A stretch of 64,000 nucleotides of DNA from an uncultured Nitrososphaeraceae archaeon (GCA_963779615.1 CAVZZA010000003.1:288001-352000); one strand, 5' to 3'. Positions 52,090 through 62,233 are shown, counted from the stretch's first letter. Translations and numbers: made by a program. The notes: generated by a model from the letters alone, not told the origin.

Positions 52090-53295
52090 TTAGTTATTTT
52101 TCAAAATATCAATACCCGGCATTTCATCTCCTGCTAAAAACCTCAAACTTGCCCCTCCACCAGTAGAAACATGCGTCACTTCTTTTTCTGAAACCCCAGC
52201 AACTTTCATTGCTTCCAACGTGTCACCTCCACCTACCAGTGTCTTTACTCCACGCCAAAATGCCAAAGCCATACTCATAGCAATGCTTTTTGTGCTATGA
52301 GAGAATAACTCTTTTTCAAAAAATCCCATAGGACCATTCCAAAAAATAGTGCCTAAACCATTATTATGTATTTCATATGTAAATTTTTGAACTGTTTCCT
52401 CACCTATATCGAATCCTTTCATATTTTTAGGAATGTGATTCTTTACAATTTGACACTCGGTAGAATCTTCAGAAAAAGCCACCTTATGATCTACAGGCAA
52501 AATAATCTTGTTGTCATAACTGTTTAATGCTTTGGAGGCCCAGGATAAATAATCATCATCCACCAAAGAATCACCTATTGACATTCCATTCGCCTTTAAA
52601 AAAGTATACGAGGCAGCCCCACCAATCAGAACCTTAGTTGCTTTTGGCAAAAGATGATTCAAAGCGCCAATCTTATCTTTGATTTTAACTCCCCCTATGA
52701 CAAGTGTGAAGGGTTCTGGCGGTTTATCTCTTAATAAGGACAGGTACTCTATTTCTTTAGCAACATTAAATCCAACAATTTTAGTATTGAAATATTTTAC
52801 TGTTCCGTAAGTGGAAGAGTGTTTACGATGAGATGTGCTAAAGGCATCATTTACATAAATATCTGCATAGGATGACAGTTTTTTGGAAAATTCATCATCG
52901 TTTTCTTCCTCTTCTGTATAAAATCTAAGATTTTCCAGAAGAATAACTTCACCATTTTTTAACTTGTTGATTTTATTGTTAGTTTCTTCACCCAAACAAT
53001 CATTTGAAAAATAAACATTGATATCAAAAGGTGACAAAATATCGGACAATTTTTTGGATACGGGTAACAATGAAAACCTTTTGTCTTTTCCCTTTGGTCG
53101 GTCCAAATGAGAAGCCAGAATTACTTTCGCGCCCCTTTTTACAAGATATTCTATAGTTGACATAGAGGATCTGATTCGGTAATCTTCGCTTACAAAACCA
53201 TCTATTACTTTCACATTAAAATCAACCCGAATGAAAACTTTTTTGTTAAAATAGAAGGAATCTTCAAAATCTGTTAATGATTTTAATAAAGTCAT
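52090..53295 (-). CDS. pgk: Phosphoglycerate kinase
   Basis: RVDFNV, LLENLRF, VNDAF, WNGPMGFFE, HVSTGGGASL. Confidence 0.95.
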   Translation of the reverse strand: MTLLKSLTDFEDSFYFNKKVFIRVDFNVKVIDGFVSEDYRIRSSMSTIEYLVKRGAKVILASHLDRPKGKDKRFSLLPVSKKLSDILSPFDINVYFSNDCLGEETNNKINKLKNGEVILLENLRFYTEEEENDDEFSKKLSSYADIYVNDAFSTSHRKHSSTYGTVKYFNTKIVGFNVAKEIEYLSLLRDKPPEPFTLVIGGVKIKDKIGALNHLLPKATKVLIGGAASYTFLKANGMSIGDSLVDDDYLSWASKALNSYDNKIILPVDHKVAFSEDSTECQIVKNHIPKNMKGFDIGEETVQKFTYEIHNNGLGTIFWNGPMGFFEKELFSHSTKSIAMSMALAFWRGVKTLVGGGDTLEAMKVAGVSEKEVTHVSTGGGASLRFLAGDEMPGIDILKNN

Positions 53296-53356
53296 GAAAT
53301 TATGAAGATGTATAAGGGTTATAAAATATTATAAAAAGTAAAATAGCGGTATTTTT

Positions 53357-53869
53357 TTACTCCATTTTCTTTAGAGGAGTTACTTTAGTTAACGTTGGAC
53401 ATCCAATCTTGCTTGATGCGACCCTGAAAGCTTTTTTTGCTAGGTCCAAATTGCCAGATGATACATAGGCTTCATAAATTGTATGACCTCTTTCTACTCT
53501 TGCTGCTAATCCAGTAGCTTTACCAAATGCACGTCTCATACCTTCTTGCAATCTGTCTGCACCAGCAGTCGCTATCATTTTATTTTCTCTCAGTATAACG
53601 TGAGGGAATACTCGCAACCGTGCAAAAAAACTCATATCACCCGCCTGAGACATTGTTTTATTTGCAGCCAATCTTGCTGCTTCAAGAGAGTTATGACGAA
53701 TCTGAATTCTTTCGGTAATAACCAATTCTACGCGATAATCATAATCATTTCTAGGCTGGCCAGATGCAAACCTAGCTATTTTATTTTGGGGTTTTCCTCT
53801 AATATATTCACGCCTTACATAGGGCATACCACGGATTTCTCTATAATTAACACCTTTCATCAATAACAC
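53357..53869 (-). CDS. rpl10e: 50S ribosomal protein uL16 (L10e)
   Basis: QIRHNSLEAAR, FPHVILRENKM, GADRLQEGMRRAFGK. Confidence 0.96.
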   Translation of the reverse strand: MLLMKGVNYREIRGMPYVRREYIRGKPQNKIARFASGQPRNDYDYRVELVITERIQIRHNSLEAARLAANKTMSQAGDMSFFARLRVFPHVILRENKMIATAGADRLQEGMRRAFGKATGLAARVERGHTIYEAYVSSGNLDLAKKAFRVASSKIGCPTLTKVTPLKKME

Positions 53870-53917
53870 TCCTATCTTTAATAAATAAATGTGGTATGAT
53901 GCTCTGATTTATTTGTT

Positions 53918-54568
53918 ATGTCATTTGATGTCATTGAAGAGGAAAATAATAATTTAATTAATACTGACAACAATGTTGAATATATTGAGCGGTTGGACAG
54001 CAGTAATAGCAATAACAATAATGAATCAATATTACTTGCAGAGGCAATTATTCAGGAAAAAGAATTAAAAACAATTGTGAATGAAAACAAGGATAAAGAT
54101 CAACTAAGGAATAAAGGATTTGGAGAAAATTTTAATCAAGAATATATCCTTAGTGGTTTAGAAACTCTTTATCTGTTAAGCAACAATAAGATAAAACTTG
54201 TAGGAAAAAGAGAATATGATTTTTCTTCATTACTTAAAATGCTATTAAAGAAGGATAAAAAGATATTAACGAAATATTTGATTTATCGAGATTTAAGGAG
54301 CAAAGGATATGTAGTGAAAGAAGGTTTTGGATTTGGAATAGATTTCAGAATCTATGAGAGAGGAGATTATGGAAAAAGACCGTCGAAATATGTTTCTATT
54401 GGAATTAATGAAGGGTTAAATATAAAATCCAAAGATTTTGTAGATATGATAGATCAGATTGAAAATATGGGCAAGGATACCGTAATCGCAGTAATAGAAA
54501 GAAGAGGCGAAGTCATTTATTACAAAACAACTAAAATGTCTTTTTTTGAAAATAAAAAAAAGGGCTAG
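53918..54568 (+). CDS. endA: tRNA splicing endonuclease subunit (probably structural/beta)
   Basis: LSGLETLYL; YLIYRDLRSKGYVVKEGFGFGIDFRIYERG; AVIERRGEVIYY. No obvious catalytic His after the Tyr motif. Confidence 0.85.
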   Translation: MSFDVIEEENNNLINTDNNVEYIERLDSSNSNNNNESILLAEAIIQEKELKTIVNENKDKDQLRNKGFGENFNQEYILSGLETLYLLSNNKIKLVGKREYDFSSLLKMLLKKDKKILTKYLIYRDLRSKGYVVKEGFGFGIDFRIYERGDYGKRPSKYVSIGINEGLNIKSKDFVDMIDQIENMGKDTVIAVIERRGEVIYYKTTKMSFFENKKKG

Positions 54569-54625
54569 ATTTGAGCCCCATAGCCAAAAAATATATTTTA
54601 TTATAAGGTCCCGTGGTAAAAACCA

Positions 54626-55015
54626 ATGCCAGAAAGAAAAGAACAAAGAAAGAAAATAAAAGAAAACTTTTGTAATCATATATTCAATATTGATGAAAAA
54701 ATAAGATTCGTCGGCATAGTAAATAAAGACAGTGAAGTAATTGATGGAGGTTTTAAAAAGGGCATTGAACCATTACTGAATGTAAACGAGGAACAAGATA
54801 TGTACCTACAATCACTTTCCAACATGTCTTTTTTTCAATCGTTTTCTAAAAAGTTTGGCCCAGTTGATTATCTACTAACAAAACAAAAAAAAATAACAAT
54901 GATGACGTTTCCATTTAAAAATAACATTTTATGTTTATCTGTTTCTTCAGTAGCTGATATAGACAAAGTCAGGGATGAAACACTAAAGTTTTTATCAAAA
55001 TATAATAAGAAATAG
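54626..55015 (+). CDS. Roadblock/longin-like small protein of a thaumarchaeal family
   Basis: IRFVGIVN...GGFKKGIEPLL...FGPVDY. Confidence 0.7.
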   Translation: MPERKEQRKKIKENFCNHIFNIDEKIRFVGIVNKDSEVIDGGFKKGIEPLLNVNEEQDMYLQSLSNMSFFQSFSKKFGPVDYLLTKQKKITMMTFPFKNNILCLSVSSVADIDKVRDETLKFLSKYNKK

Positions 55016-55228
55016 CTTTTTTCAATCGACGAAAATTCACAATTGAGCAAATTTACAATTTTGATTAACTGTCAAGAAATTTCGTTTAATGTGCCTAATT
55101 ACAAACGTCAACGTTCAAGGTTTTAAAAAAATTACTTTTTTTTATAATTTTTATTTATCCATGCCCTTCGGCATATAAAGCCAAAAATAGACATATATAC
55201 TATTAAGCGATGTTAAACAAATGTTATT

Positions 55229-55378
55229 ATGGCAAAGGCAATATGTGAAGAGTGTTTTTATACGGCAGATAAAACCGAATTTGAAGAACATAGTGACTAC
55301 TGTACAGATTGTGTTTGTGAGCATGCAATGTGTCCAAAATGCAAAACAGGGTATCATTCACCCCTAATAACCGAATAA
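55229..55378 (+). CDS. Cys-rich microprotein (49 aa)
   Basis: MAKAICEECFYTADKTEFEEHSDYCTDCVCEHAMCPKCKTGYHSPLITE; TATA-like ATATATA upstream. Confidence 0.7.
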   Translation: MAKAICEECFYTADKTEFEEHSDYCTDCVCEHAMCPKCKTGYHSPLITE

Positions 55379-56346
55379 AATCACAGAAAAGGCATCACAT
55401 AAAATATATTTCAAGTAATAAAAATAATATATGTTACAAAGCAATGAAGAGAAAGATAGTCCCCCTATTATGTTGAATCCTTTTCAACGAAAATGAAGAT
55501 AAAAACCGGACTACCGAGTTTTGTAGCAATTGTTAATGATCTTTAAGAAATTTGGGAACAATTATCCTAAATCGGTGCAAATGACAATCAGAAATTATTC
55601 GAATGGATATGGGATAAAATACCAAGTTCATCCCTATGGACCGAATAAATGAATTGTGATAAAGTAATATTTTTGCATTCAAAAATGTTTACCCCACCTA
55701 GCCAAATGTTGAAAGAAATTCACGTATTCCAATAACTAATAATTACAATTTGCTCTATAAACTAAATGGCATCAAACAGACCGTTATCAACCTAAAAGAA
55801 TAAAATTAACAATAGGGAATTAAGACGACAAATAATCGATATGAACATAATTTTATAGACAACTGACAACCCGAAAACGATGATAGAGCATAGCGATTGA
55901 GCACGTTTTAATTGCAGCATGCATATAATAAATTACAAATATAGAATTCAGCAACGGGTATTTTACAATAGGGGCTCTTCATCACAATATCACAATTAAA
56001 AAATACAAGATAGGCTGATCAAGAAATACTATTTGAAATTTATTATGACAATTATCATCATTTATAATAAAAAAATTAATGAACGTCTGACAGTAGATTA
56101 TATGGCCCTCTTATGTATTGACAATTGTTGTTAAAGTAAAAAATTTATTTAAAGTATAGGTTTTTCACAATCTGCAATTATTTTCTATAAAAAATTAGCA
56201 TAATATGATATTATATAGATTTTGTAATCCCCCTTAAGGTTTTTAATAATAAATATATTTTAATTATAGTTTTATTAAAATAATTATACATTGTATTATA
56301 AAATTTATATAGGGAAAAAAATAAAATAATAATAAGGGGGAATTAA

Positions 56347-56484
56347 ATGTTTAACAAAGAGTCTTGTAGAAGTTGTGGTTCGTCATTAGAATCAATTAAA
56401 AGCTGCGTAGACTGCAAAGAGAATATGTTATGGCAATGTGATGTCTGTAACAAAATTGAGGAGTATATCCACGTGCATAATTAA
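56347..56484 (+). CDS. Triple-CxxC/HxH zinc microprotein (45 aa)
   Basis: MFNKESCRSCGSSLESIKSCVDCKENMLWQCDVCNKIEEYIHVHN; AAGGGGG SD-like motif and TTTATATA box upstream. Confidence 0.75.
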   Translation: MFNKESCRSCGSSLESIKSCVDCKENMLWQCDVCNKIEEYIHVHN

Positions 56485-56653
56485 AAAATAAATAAATAAA
56501 TAAATTTAACCAATTTTAATACTCAAAATAAGGAAGAGAACATAACAGCTATTTTTTAGTCCCCGATAGACTCATGTTTTAAAATGTGCATCGTTATAAC
56601 GAAATTTTAAATGCCACAGTAAAACAATACTCCAGAGCAGTCAAAGCAGATTA

Positions 56654-56793
56654 TGCTTTGTTGCGTAACTCAAATTTTCGTGTTTTTTAGACGTGCTAGT
56701 TTTGTTTTTGTAAGAGGGAATAATCGATACTCGCATTATGCCGATATGTGCTCTATCATAAATTGACGAATTTAATAGCTATGCAACAAAGCA
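56654..56793. mobile_element. MITE-like element, 140 bp
   Basis: TIR TGCTTTGTTGC(G/A)TA(A/G)CT; 8-bp flanks GCAGATTA/GTAGATTA. Confidence 0.7.
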
Positions 56794-56881
56794 GTAGATT
56801 AGACTAACATGTTAAAAAACTAACAGAATATGTGAACAATAAAGTATTTATTTAATTACGAGGCAAGAGAATTGATTTAAA

Positions 56882-57190
56882 ATAGGTAAACGCAAGGTTT
56901 TAAATGAGGCCCACTTAAAGGAATTGGTTATGCCCCACGAAGGGGAGTTATTTGGAAGAGTAATAAAGCTAGTTGGCGGAGACAACATAATAGTAAAAAG
57001 CAATGACGGAAAAGTCAGAACATGCAGAATAAGAGGAAAAATAAAAAGAAGGATGTGGATAAGAGATAACGATTTGGTCCTAATTGCTCCATGGGACTTT
57101 CAATCAGACAAAGCAGACATTATTTGGAGATACATTAGTGCTCATGCTGAAAAATTAGATACAGAAGGTCACCTTGAAGGCTTAAAGTAA
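56882..57190 (+). CDS. eif1a: Translation initiation factor aIF-1A, probable ATA start
   Basis: GELFGRVIKLVGG...CRIRGKIKRRMWIRDNDLVLIAPWDFQ...IIWRY. The N-tail GKRKVLNE follows ATA, with an in-frame TGA at 56873. Confidence 0.93.
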   Translation: MGKRKVLNEAHLKELVMPHEGELFGRVIKLVGGDNIIVKSNDGKVRTCRIRGKIKRRMWIRDNDLVLIAPWDFQSDKADIIWRYISAHAEKLDTEGHLEGLK

Positions 57191-57240
57191 AAAGGTTAAA
57201 AGAAGTTTTTCCTGAGACATTCATTTTGAATGAAAAATCA

Positions 57241-57323
57241 ATGTACCCCGCCTCTGACCCACAACAAAATCATAGTTAGCCATACACTACGTGTATAACT
57301 CATTGCGCACTCTCTGACGGGGA
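57241..57323 (-). ncRNA. Candidate H/ACA pseudouridylation guide sRNA
   Basis: Lower stem CCCCGUC/GGCGGGG, internal pocket, K-turn-like UGA motifs on both strands, apical stem GUUAUACAC/GUGUAUGGC, ACA directly after the stem. Confidence 0.6.
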
Positions 57324-57715
57324 GTGTTATAGATTAATTCTACTCCTATTTATCACTATTTATTTCAAAAAATGGTTATTTTATTCTAAAAGTAACACAT
57401 AATGGAAGATGTCCTATTTATCAGGTACTAAAAACAACAGCAATAAACCCTTTAGAACATATTGACATGTTTATGCTTTTATTTTTTTATAGGCCGCCAA
57501 TCATTAAGGAGAAGAGATACCCTTTGAAAAACCTGCTAGATGGCTTGCTAGCTTTCTTTATCAAAGGACATCCATTATTCAAAAAAATCTAAATCGGTAC
57601 AGCAAAAGTACAAACCTCAAAATAAAATCAACAGAGAGAAAAAAAGTTTTAAGAGCATATCCTTGACAATAATCAGCAGTCATTTAACGGACTTTAAAGG
57701 AGAAATATTTATCCG

Positions 57716-59407
57716 CTACAAAAATTTCAATTTTTTCAAATTTAGCGTATTCATCAAAAGATCAAGGTTTATCTGAAAAACAGAAACCAAAGTCCTCAAT
57801 TTAAAATTCTCAATTACCTGTGGATAAATTTCGCCGATATCACCAATATCATTTTCATCATGTATGATTTTTGCAGAGTGCCCTTCAAGATAATGCTTTA
57901 AGTTTATTTTAGGGGTTTTGACACTTTTATTGAAACAGTATTTCATTAGAGACTCTAAAACTGATTTAATTTCAGTATAGTCAGTATCATTATGGGCCAT
58001 AACTACACCCAAAGACCAGTCCTCTTTAAGCCTGGAATCTTCGATTTGGAAGGTCTTGCCTATTTCAAAAAGCTTTTGAGGATACTTTTCATGGATATTT
58101 TTAGAGAGGGTCATCATCATAGATGGAATAATGGAATTTCTTAAAACCTCAGGGCCAAAGTTTTTTGAATTCCCTATCGAAACCAAGTCATTATTATTTT
58201 GACCTTGTATAAAGAAATCATCTAGAATCCTTCTAGAAATAATATTTGTATTAATTATTTCAGTAAATCCCAAACCTACTAAAACCTCCCTGATACTGTC
58301 AAAAATCAGTGAATTGATATTTTTGTTTCCTGACAGTGACAAAGAAGGAGAAGAGGCATTGAATCGATAGATTCCATATCCAATTGCAACCTCTTCAGCT
58401 ATATCAATCGGATGAAAAATATCAACTCTATAGCGTGGAATATAGCATTCAACATTATTCCCAATAATTTTTCCGAAGCATCGACTTTTTTCAAGATATT
58501 TAATGAATTCTTCACCGGTTAAACCAAGACCAAGGACTTTGTTAACATAATCCATGGACGCAATCAATTTTAACGGGTTTAATTCTGGAGTCTTGGTTTG
58601 TATTCCAAAAGGGGAATTTATTTTGACTGAAAAAATACCAAACCCCATATCACATAATTCAAAAGATAAAATAGAAAGAATATCCTGAGCTGATTTGTTG
58701 CTTGTAGAGGTTACCTCAATCAACATATTTTTTGTATTAAAGGTTACTTTTGTCAAATTCCCGTTTATAATTGGGGGAAAGGATAAAACATTTTTTTGTG
58801 AATCTACCAATATTGGATACTTTGGGCCCTTATTGAGAATATACCCGTAATCCTTTCCCACTTCAAAATTGTTTAGCATGTGATCAATAGTAAATTCGTT
58901 ATGTTCACCCAATGGTATAAATGAAAATTGTTTTGAGACAGCGGTATAACTCAACGGAAACAGGATAGAATCTAAATCATGCAATCCAATAGACGATTTT
59001 TTTCTTTTTCTACCTATCCCATTGTGTAAATCTTCTTGCATGGAAATTAGCTGTGAAATCTCATGCTCATTAAGTGGGTATTGCCTTTTAGCTACAAGGC
59101 CGCATATTATAGGTCGAATATCAACCACATTCTCACTAATGCCAATAACATAATCAGTATCTTCAACGCATTTGACTATTGGCAAACCAATCTCTTTTTC
59201 AAACAATCCCTTTAAAGCACGTAATATCCCGTTTTCAGAAGAATAATCAGGCCTATTAGGATTGAATTCAACTTTTATTATTCCGCTGTCTTCATCTATC
59301 CCTTCAATATCCAACCCAACATAAGGCAATTTTTCTATAATTTCCTTTAATTGAACATCTGGAAATGAGGCGGATAGAGAAGAAATCCTGATATTTACAA
59401 CAGGCAT
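57716..59407 (-). CDS. pheT: Phenylalanine-tRNA ligase beta subunit
   Basis: EFNPNRPD, QEDLHNGIGRKRKK, SFPPIING, YRVDIFHPIDIAEEVAIGYG. Confidence 0.96.
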   Translation of the reverse strand: MPVVNIRISSLSASFPDVQLKEIIEKLPYVGLDIEGIDEDSGIIKVEFNPNRPDYSSENGILRALKGLFEKEIGLPIVKCVEDTDYVIGISENVVDIRPIICGLVAKRQYPLNEHEISQLISMQEDLHNGIGRKRKKSSIGLHDLDSILFPLSYTAVSKQFSFIPLGEHNEFTIDHMLNNFEVGKDYGYILNKGPKYPILVDSQKNVLSFPPIINGNLTKVTFNTKNMLIEVTSTSNKSAQDILSILSFELCDMGFGIFSVKINSPFGIQTKTPELNPLKLIASMDYVNKVLGLGLTGEEFIKYLEKSRCFGKIIGNNVECYIPRYRVDIFHPIDIAEEVAIGYGIYRFNASSPSLSLSGNKNINSLIFDSIREVLVGLGFTEIINTNIISRRILDDFFIQGQNNNDLVSIGNSKNFGPEVLRNSIIPSMMMTLSKNIHEKYPQKLFEIGKTFQIEDSRLKEDWSLGVVMAHNDTDYTEIKSVLESLMKYCFNKSVKTPKINLKHYLEGHSAKIIHDENDIGDIGEIYPQVIENFKLRTLVSVFQINLDLLMNTLNLKKLKFL

Positions 59408-60960
59408 TTTGGGACAGCCTTTAGCCAAGTCAAATTATTAGAATACAATTCACGTATGTCATTTAAATCGAATCTTAACATCGCTAATCTTTCAAAGCCA
59501 CCCCCCCATGCCAGAACAGGGTTTTTCACACCTAATGGGATTGTAACCTCGGGCCTAAACATCCCCATGCCAAACAATTCTACCCATTTATCAAATTTAT
59601 CATTATAAACCATTGACTGTAGAGAGGGTTCGGTGTAAGGAAAAAAGGTAGGCCAAAACTTTATTTTTTTAATTCCAAGTTTGTTATAAAATTCAGTTTG
59701 AATTCCCATTAATTGCCTTAAATTTGCATCTTCACTTGTAAAGATTCCTTCAACCTGATGGAATTCAACGAGATGTTTAAAGGACGCTTTTTCATTTCGA
59801 AAAACCCGCCCAATCAAAAAAACTTTGTCAAGTTCAGGTTTTTCTTTGGCCAAATATTGTATCGTTACTGGTGTCGTATGTGTTCTTAACACATACGATT
59901 TTGATTCTGAGACGTCCCACTTATAATGCCAATTTTGCTCATGTATGCTCGAGACATTTTTTACAATATTTTCATCTGGTAATGTGGATACAATGCTTTT
60001 TGAGGATTTTAAGTAAAATGTATCTTGCATGTCCCTAGCTGAATGGTCCTGAGGAATAAACAATGCATCAAAATTCCAAAAAGACGTCTGTGCCAAATCC
60101 CCGTCAATTTCACTAAATCCCATTCCTATCAATATTTCTTTGACTTCATCAATAAAGTCCACTAATGGGTTTTTTTTTCCATAACTTAATAACGGTAACG
60201 GTGCTTCAACATCAATTTGACCAAACTCTAAATTTCTCCACTTACCACTGATGAGATGCTCAGCTGTAAGTTTTCTCTCCGCATCTACACCAGACACCAT
60301 TTTGTTAAAGATAGAAACACCCAAATCGGAAATAACATACTTTTTATTATGAATCTTTTTAGTGTCTAAAATATCCGGCCTCTTTTTTAAAAGTTCAAAT
60401 GAAGCGATTTCGGATTTATCTAAACTAGAAAGCATTAAAGATTGTGACTTTGATAATTTTTTTATTAGTTTTTCTCCCTCGGATAAGTTCTCAGAGTCTG
60501 GCAACAGAACAACAGAGTTATTTTTTATATCAATCCATCCATTATGCTTACAAAATTTTAAAGATGCAAAAACTTCCTTATCGTTGTTATTGAATTCATC
60601 ACTTTTAACAATATCCGCAATGGTTTTTTTGCCTTTTTTTACGCAATTTATTAACTTCCTTTCTGGAAGCACAAAATCATTGTTCATATTATGCGATTTT
60701 TTTAAAGAAATCTCAATGTCTGAACTATCTTTGATTACAATCAGGTTTTTAAATTTCAACCACTCAACCCCTCTTCTTATTTGATCAATAGACAATTTGC
60801 TTTCCTCAATTAACTGATTGTCAGTGGTCCACTTTTCACCAGAATGATGCAGCATCGACAGAATACTTTTTTCAATAGGATGTAAAGAAATATTTGTTGT
60901 TCCCATTATGAAATCGTTAGAAGAAGGATTGCTTTTATCACCATTAGCATCAATAGTCAA
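59395..60960 (-). CDS. pheS: Phenylalanine-tRNA ligase alpha subunit
   Basis: WNFDALFIPQDHSARDMQDTFY, LRTHTT, FFPYTEPS, GGGFERL. Confidence 0.97.
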   Translation of the reverse strand: MTIDANGDKSNPSSNDFIMGTTNISLHPIEKSILSMLHHSGEKWTTDNQLIEESKLSIDQIRRGVEWLKFKNLIVIKDSSDIEISLKKSHNMNNDFVLPERKLINCVKKGKKTIADIVKSDEFNNNDKEVFASLKFCKHNGWIDIKNNSVVLLPDSENLSEGEKLIKKLSKSQSLMLSSLDKSEIASFELLKKRPDILDTKKIHNKKYVISDLGVSIFNKMVSGVDAERKLTAEHLISGKWRNLEFGQIDVEAPLPLLSYGKKNPLVDFIDEVKEILIGMGFSEIDGDLAQTSFWNFDALFIPQDHSARDMQDTFYLKSSKSIVSTLPDENIVKNVSSIHEQNWHYKWDVSESKSYVLRTHTTPVTIQYLAKEKPELDKVFLIGRVFRNEKASFKHLVEFHQVEGIFTSEDANLRQLMGIQTEFYNKLGIKKIKFWPTFFPYTEPSLQSMVYNDKFDKWVELFGMGMFRPEVTIPLGVKNPVLAWGGGFERLAMLRFDLNDIRELYSNNLTWLKAVPKCLL

Positions 60961-61024
60961 GTCAATTAGAAAAATTAGGTGATTATTTTTAAACGTTTAA
61001 ACTTTAGATATGCCCAGTTTATGA

Positions 61025-62233
61025 ATGTCAGGTGAAAATAATAATATTTCATTTGATAGCAGGGATCATAATATTCAAATGGATATAAAAAATCAAAATA
61101 ATGTAGATAATAACTTTACTGTAACGCCTTGGGAGGTGGAGGGCAATGTTGACTATAACAAACTAATAAAAAAATTCGGCACGTTTGCAATTACGAATGA
61201 AATAATAGAGAAAATAAAGAAAATAACAGGAGAAGTCCATCCCCTATTAAAAAACAGATATTTTTTTTCGCATAGGGATCTGGACTGGATTTTAAACGAA
61301 TATCAAAAAGGAAACAAGTTTTATCTTTATACAGGCAGGGGACCATCGGGTCTCATACATTTAGGCCATGTAATGCCATGGTTATTTACAAAGTATTTAC
61401 AAGACAGATTTGACGTTAAGCTTATTTTTCAAATTACTGATGATGAAAAATTTCTTTTTAATGACAGTAAAGATTTGGAAACGATTAATAAATTCACTAT
61501 TGAAAACATACTAGACATAATAGCAATAGGATTTGATCCAAATAAAACAAAAATAATAGTAGACACAAAACACATCAATTATCTGTATCCACTTTCTATC
61601 GAAATCGCAAAAAAGATTACCTTTTCAACAGCAAAAGCAGTTTTTGGGTTCTCTAGTTCCTCCAATATAGGGATGATAGGGTTCCCGCCAATCCAAAGCG
61701 CACCATGCTTTCTCCCTTCTTTAATCGAAAAAAAATTGACACCAGTATTAATCCCAGCAGCGATTGATCAAGATCCCTATTGGAGAATCACAAGGGACAT
61801 TGCCGAAAAGATAGGCTACTACAAACCAGCTCAAATCCACAGTAAGTTCATTCCAGGTCTAACAAGTTCTGGCAAAATGTCATCTTCAAGGCCAGAAACG
61901 GCTTTATTTACCATAGACGAGCCTGAAAACCTGGAAAAAAAAGTGAAGAATACTTTTACGGGAGGGCAACCCACAGTAGCATTACAAAGAAAATTAGGAG
62001 GAAATGCGGACATATGTCCCGTATATTGGTATTTGAATTATCTTTTTGACTCCGAAGACGAATCCATCGAAAGATACAACAACTGTACAGGGGGAAACCT
62101 ACTGTGCGGTGAATGCAAAGGAGATTTGATAAAAGAAGTTAAACCCTTTATGAATAACATCCAATTGAAAAGAGAGAAAGCCAAAGACAGGATTAAGGAC
62201 TACATGATTGATGGTAAAGATATGGGCAATTAA
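61025..62233 (+). CDS. trpS: Tryptophan-tRNA ligase
   Basis: VTPWEV, YTGRGPS..IHLGH, AIDQDPY, KMSSS. Confidence 0.97.
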   Translation: MSGENNNISFDSRDHNIQMDIKNQNNVDNNFTVTPWEVEGNVDYNKLIKKFGTFAITNEIIEKIKKITGEVHPLLKNRYFFSHRDLDWILNEYQKGNKFYLYTGRGPSGLIHLGHVMPWLFTKYLQDRFDVKLIFQITDDEKFLFNDSKDLETINKFTIENILDIIAIGFDPNKTKIIVDTKHINYLYPLSIEIAKKITFSTAKAVFGFSSSSNIGMIGFPPIQSAPCFLPSLIEKKLTPVLIPAAIDQDPYWRITRDIAEKIGYYKPAQIHSKFIPGLTSSGKMSSSRPETALFTIDEPENLEKKVKNTFTGGQPTVALQRKLGGNADICPVYWYLNYLFDSEDESIERYNNCTGGNLLCGECKGDLIKEVKPFMNNIQLKREKAKDRIKDYMIDGKDMGN

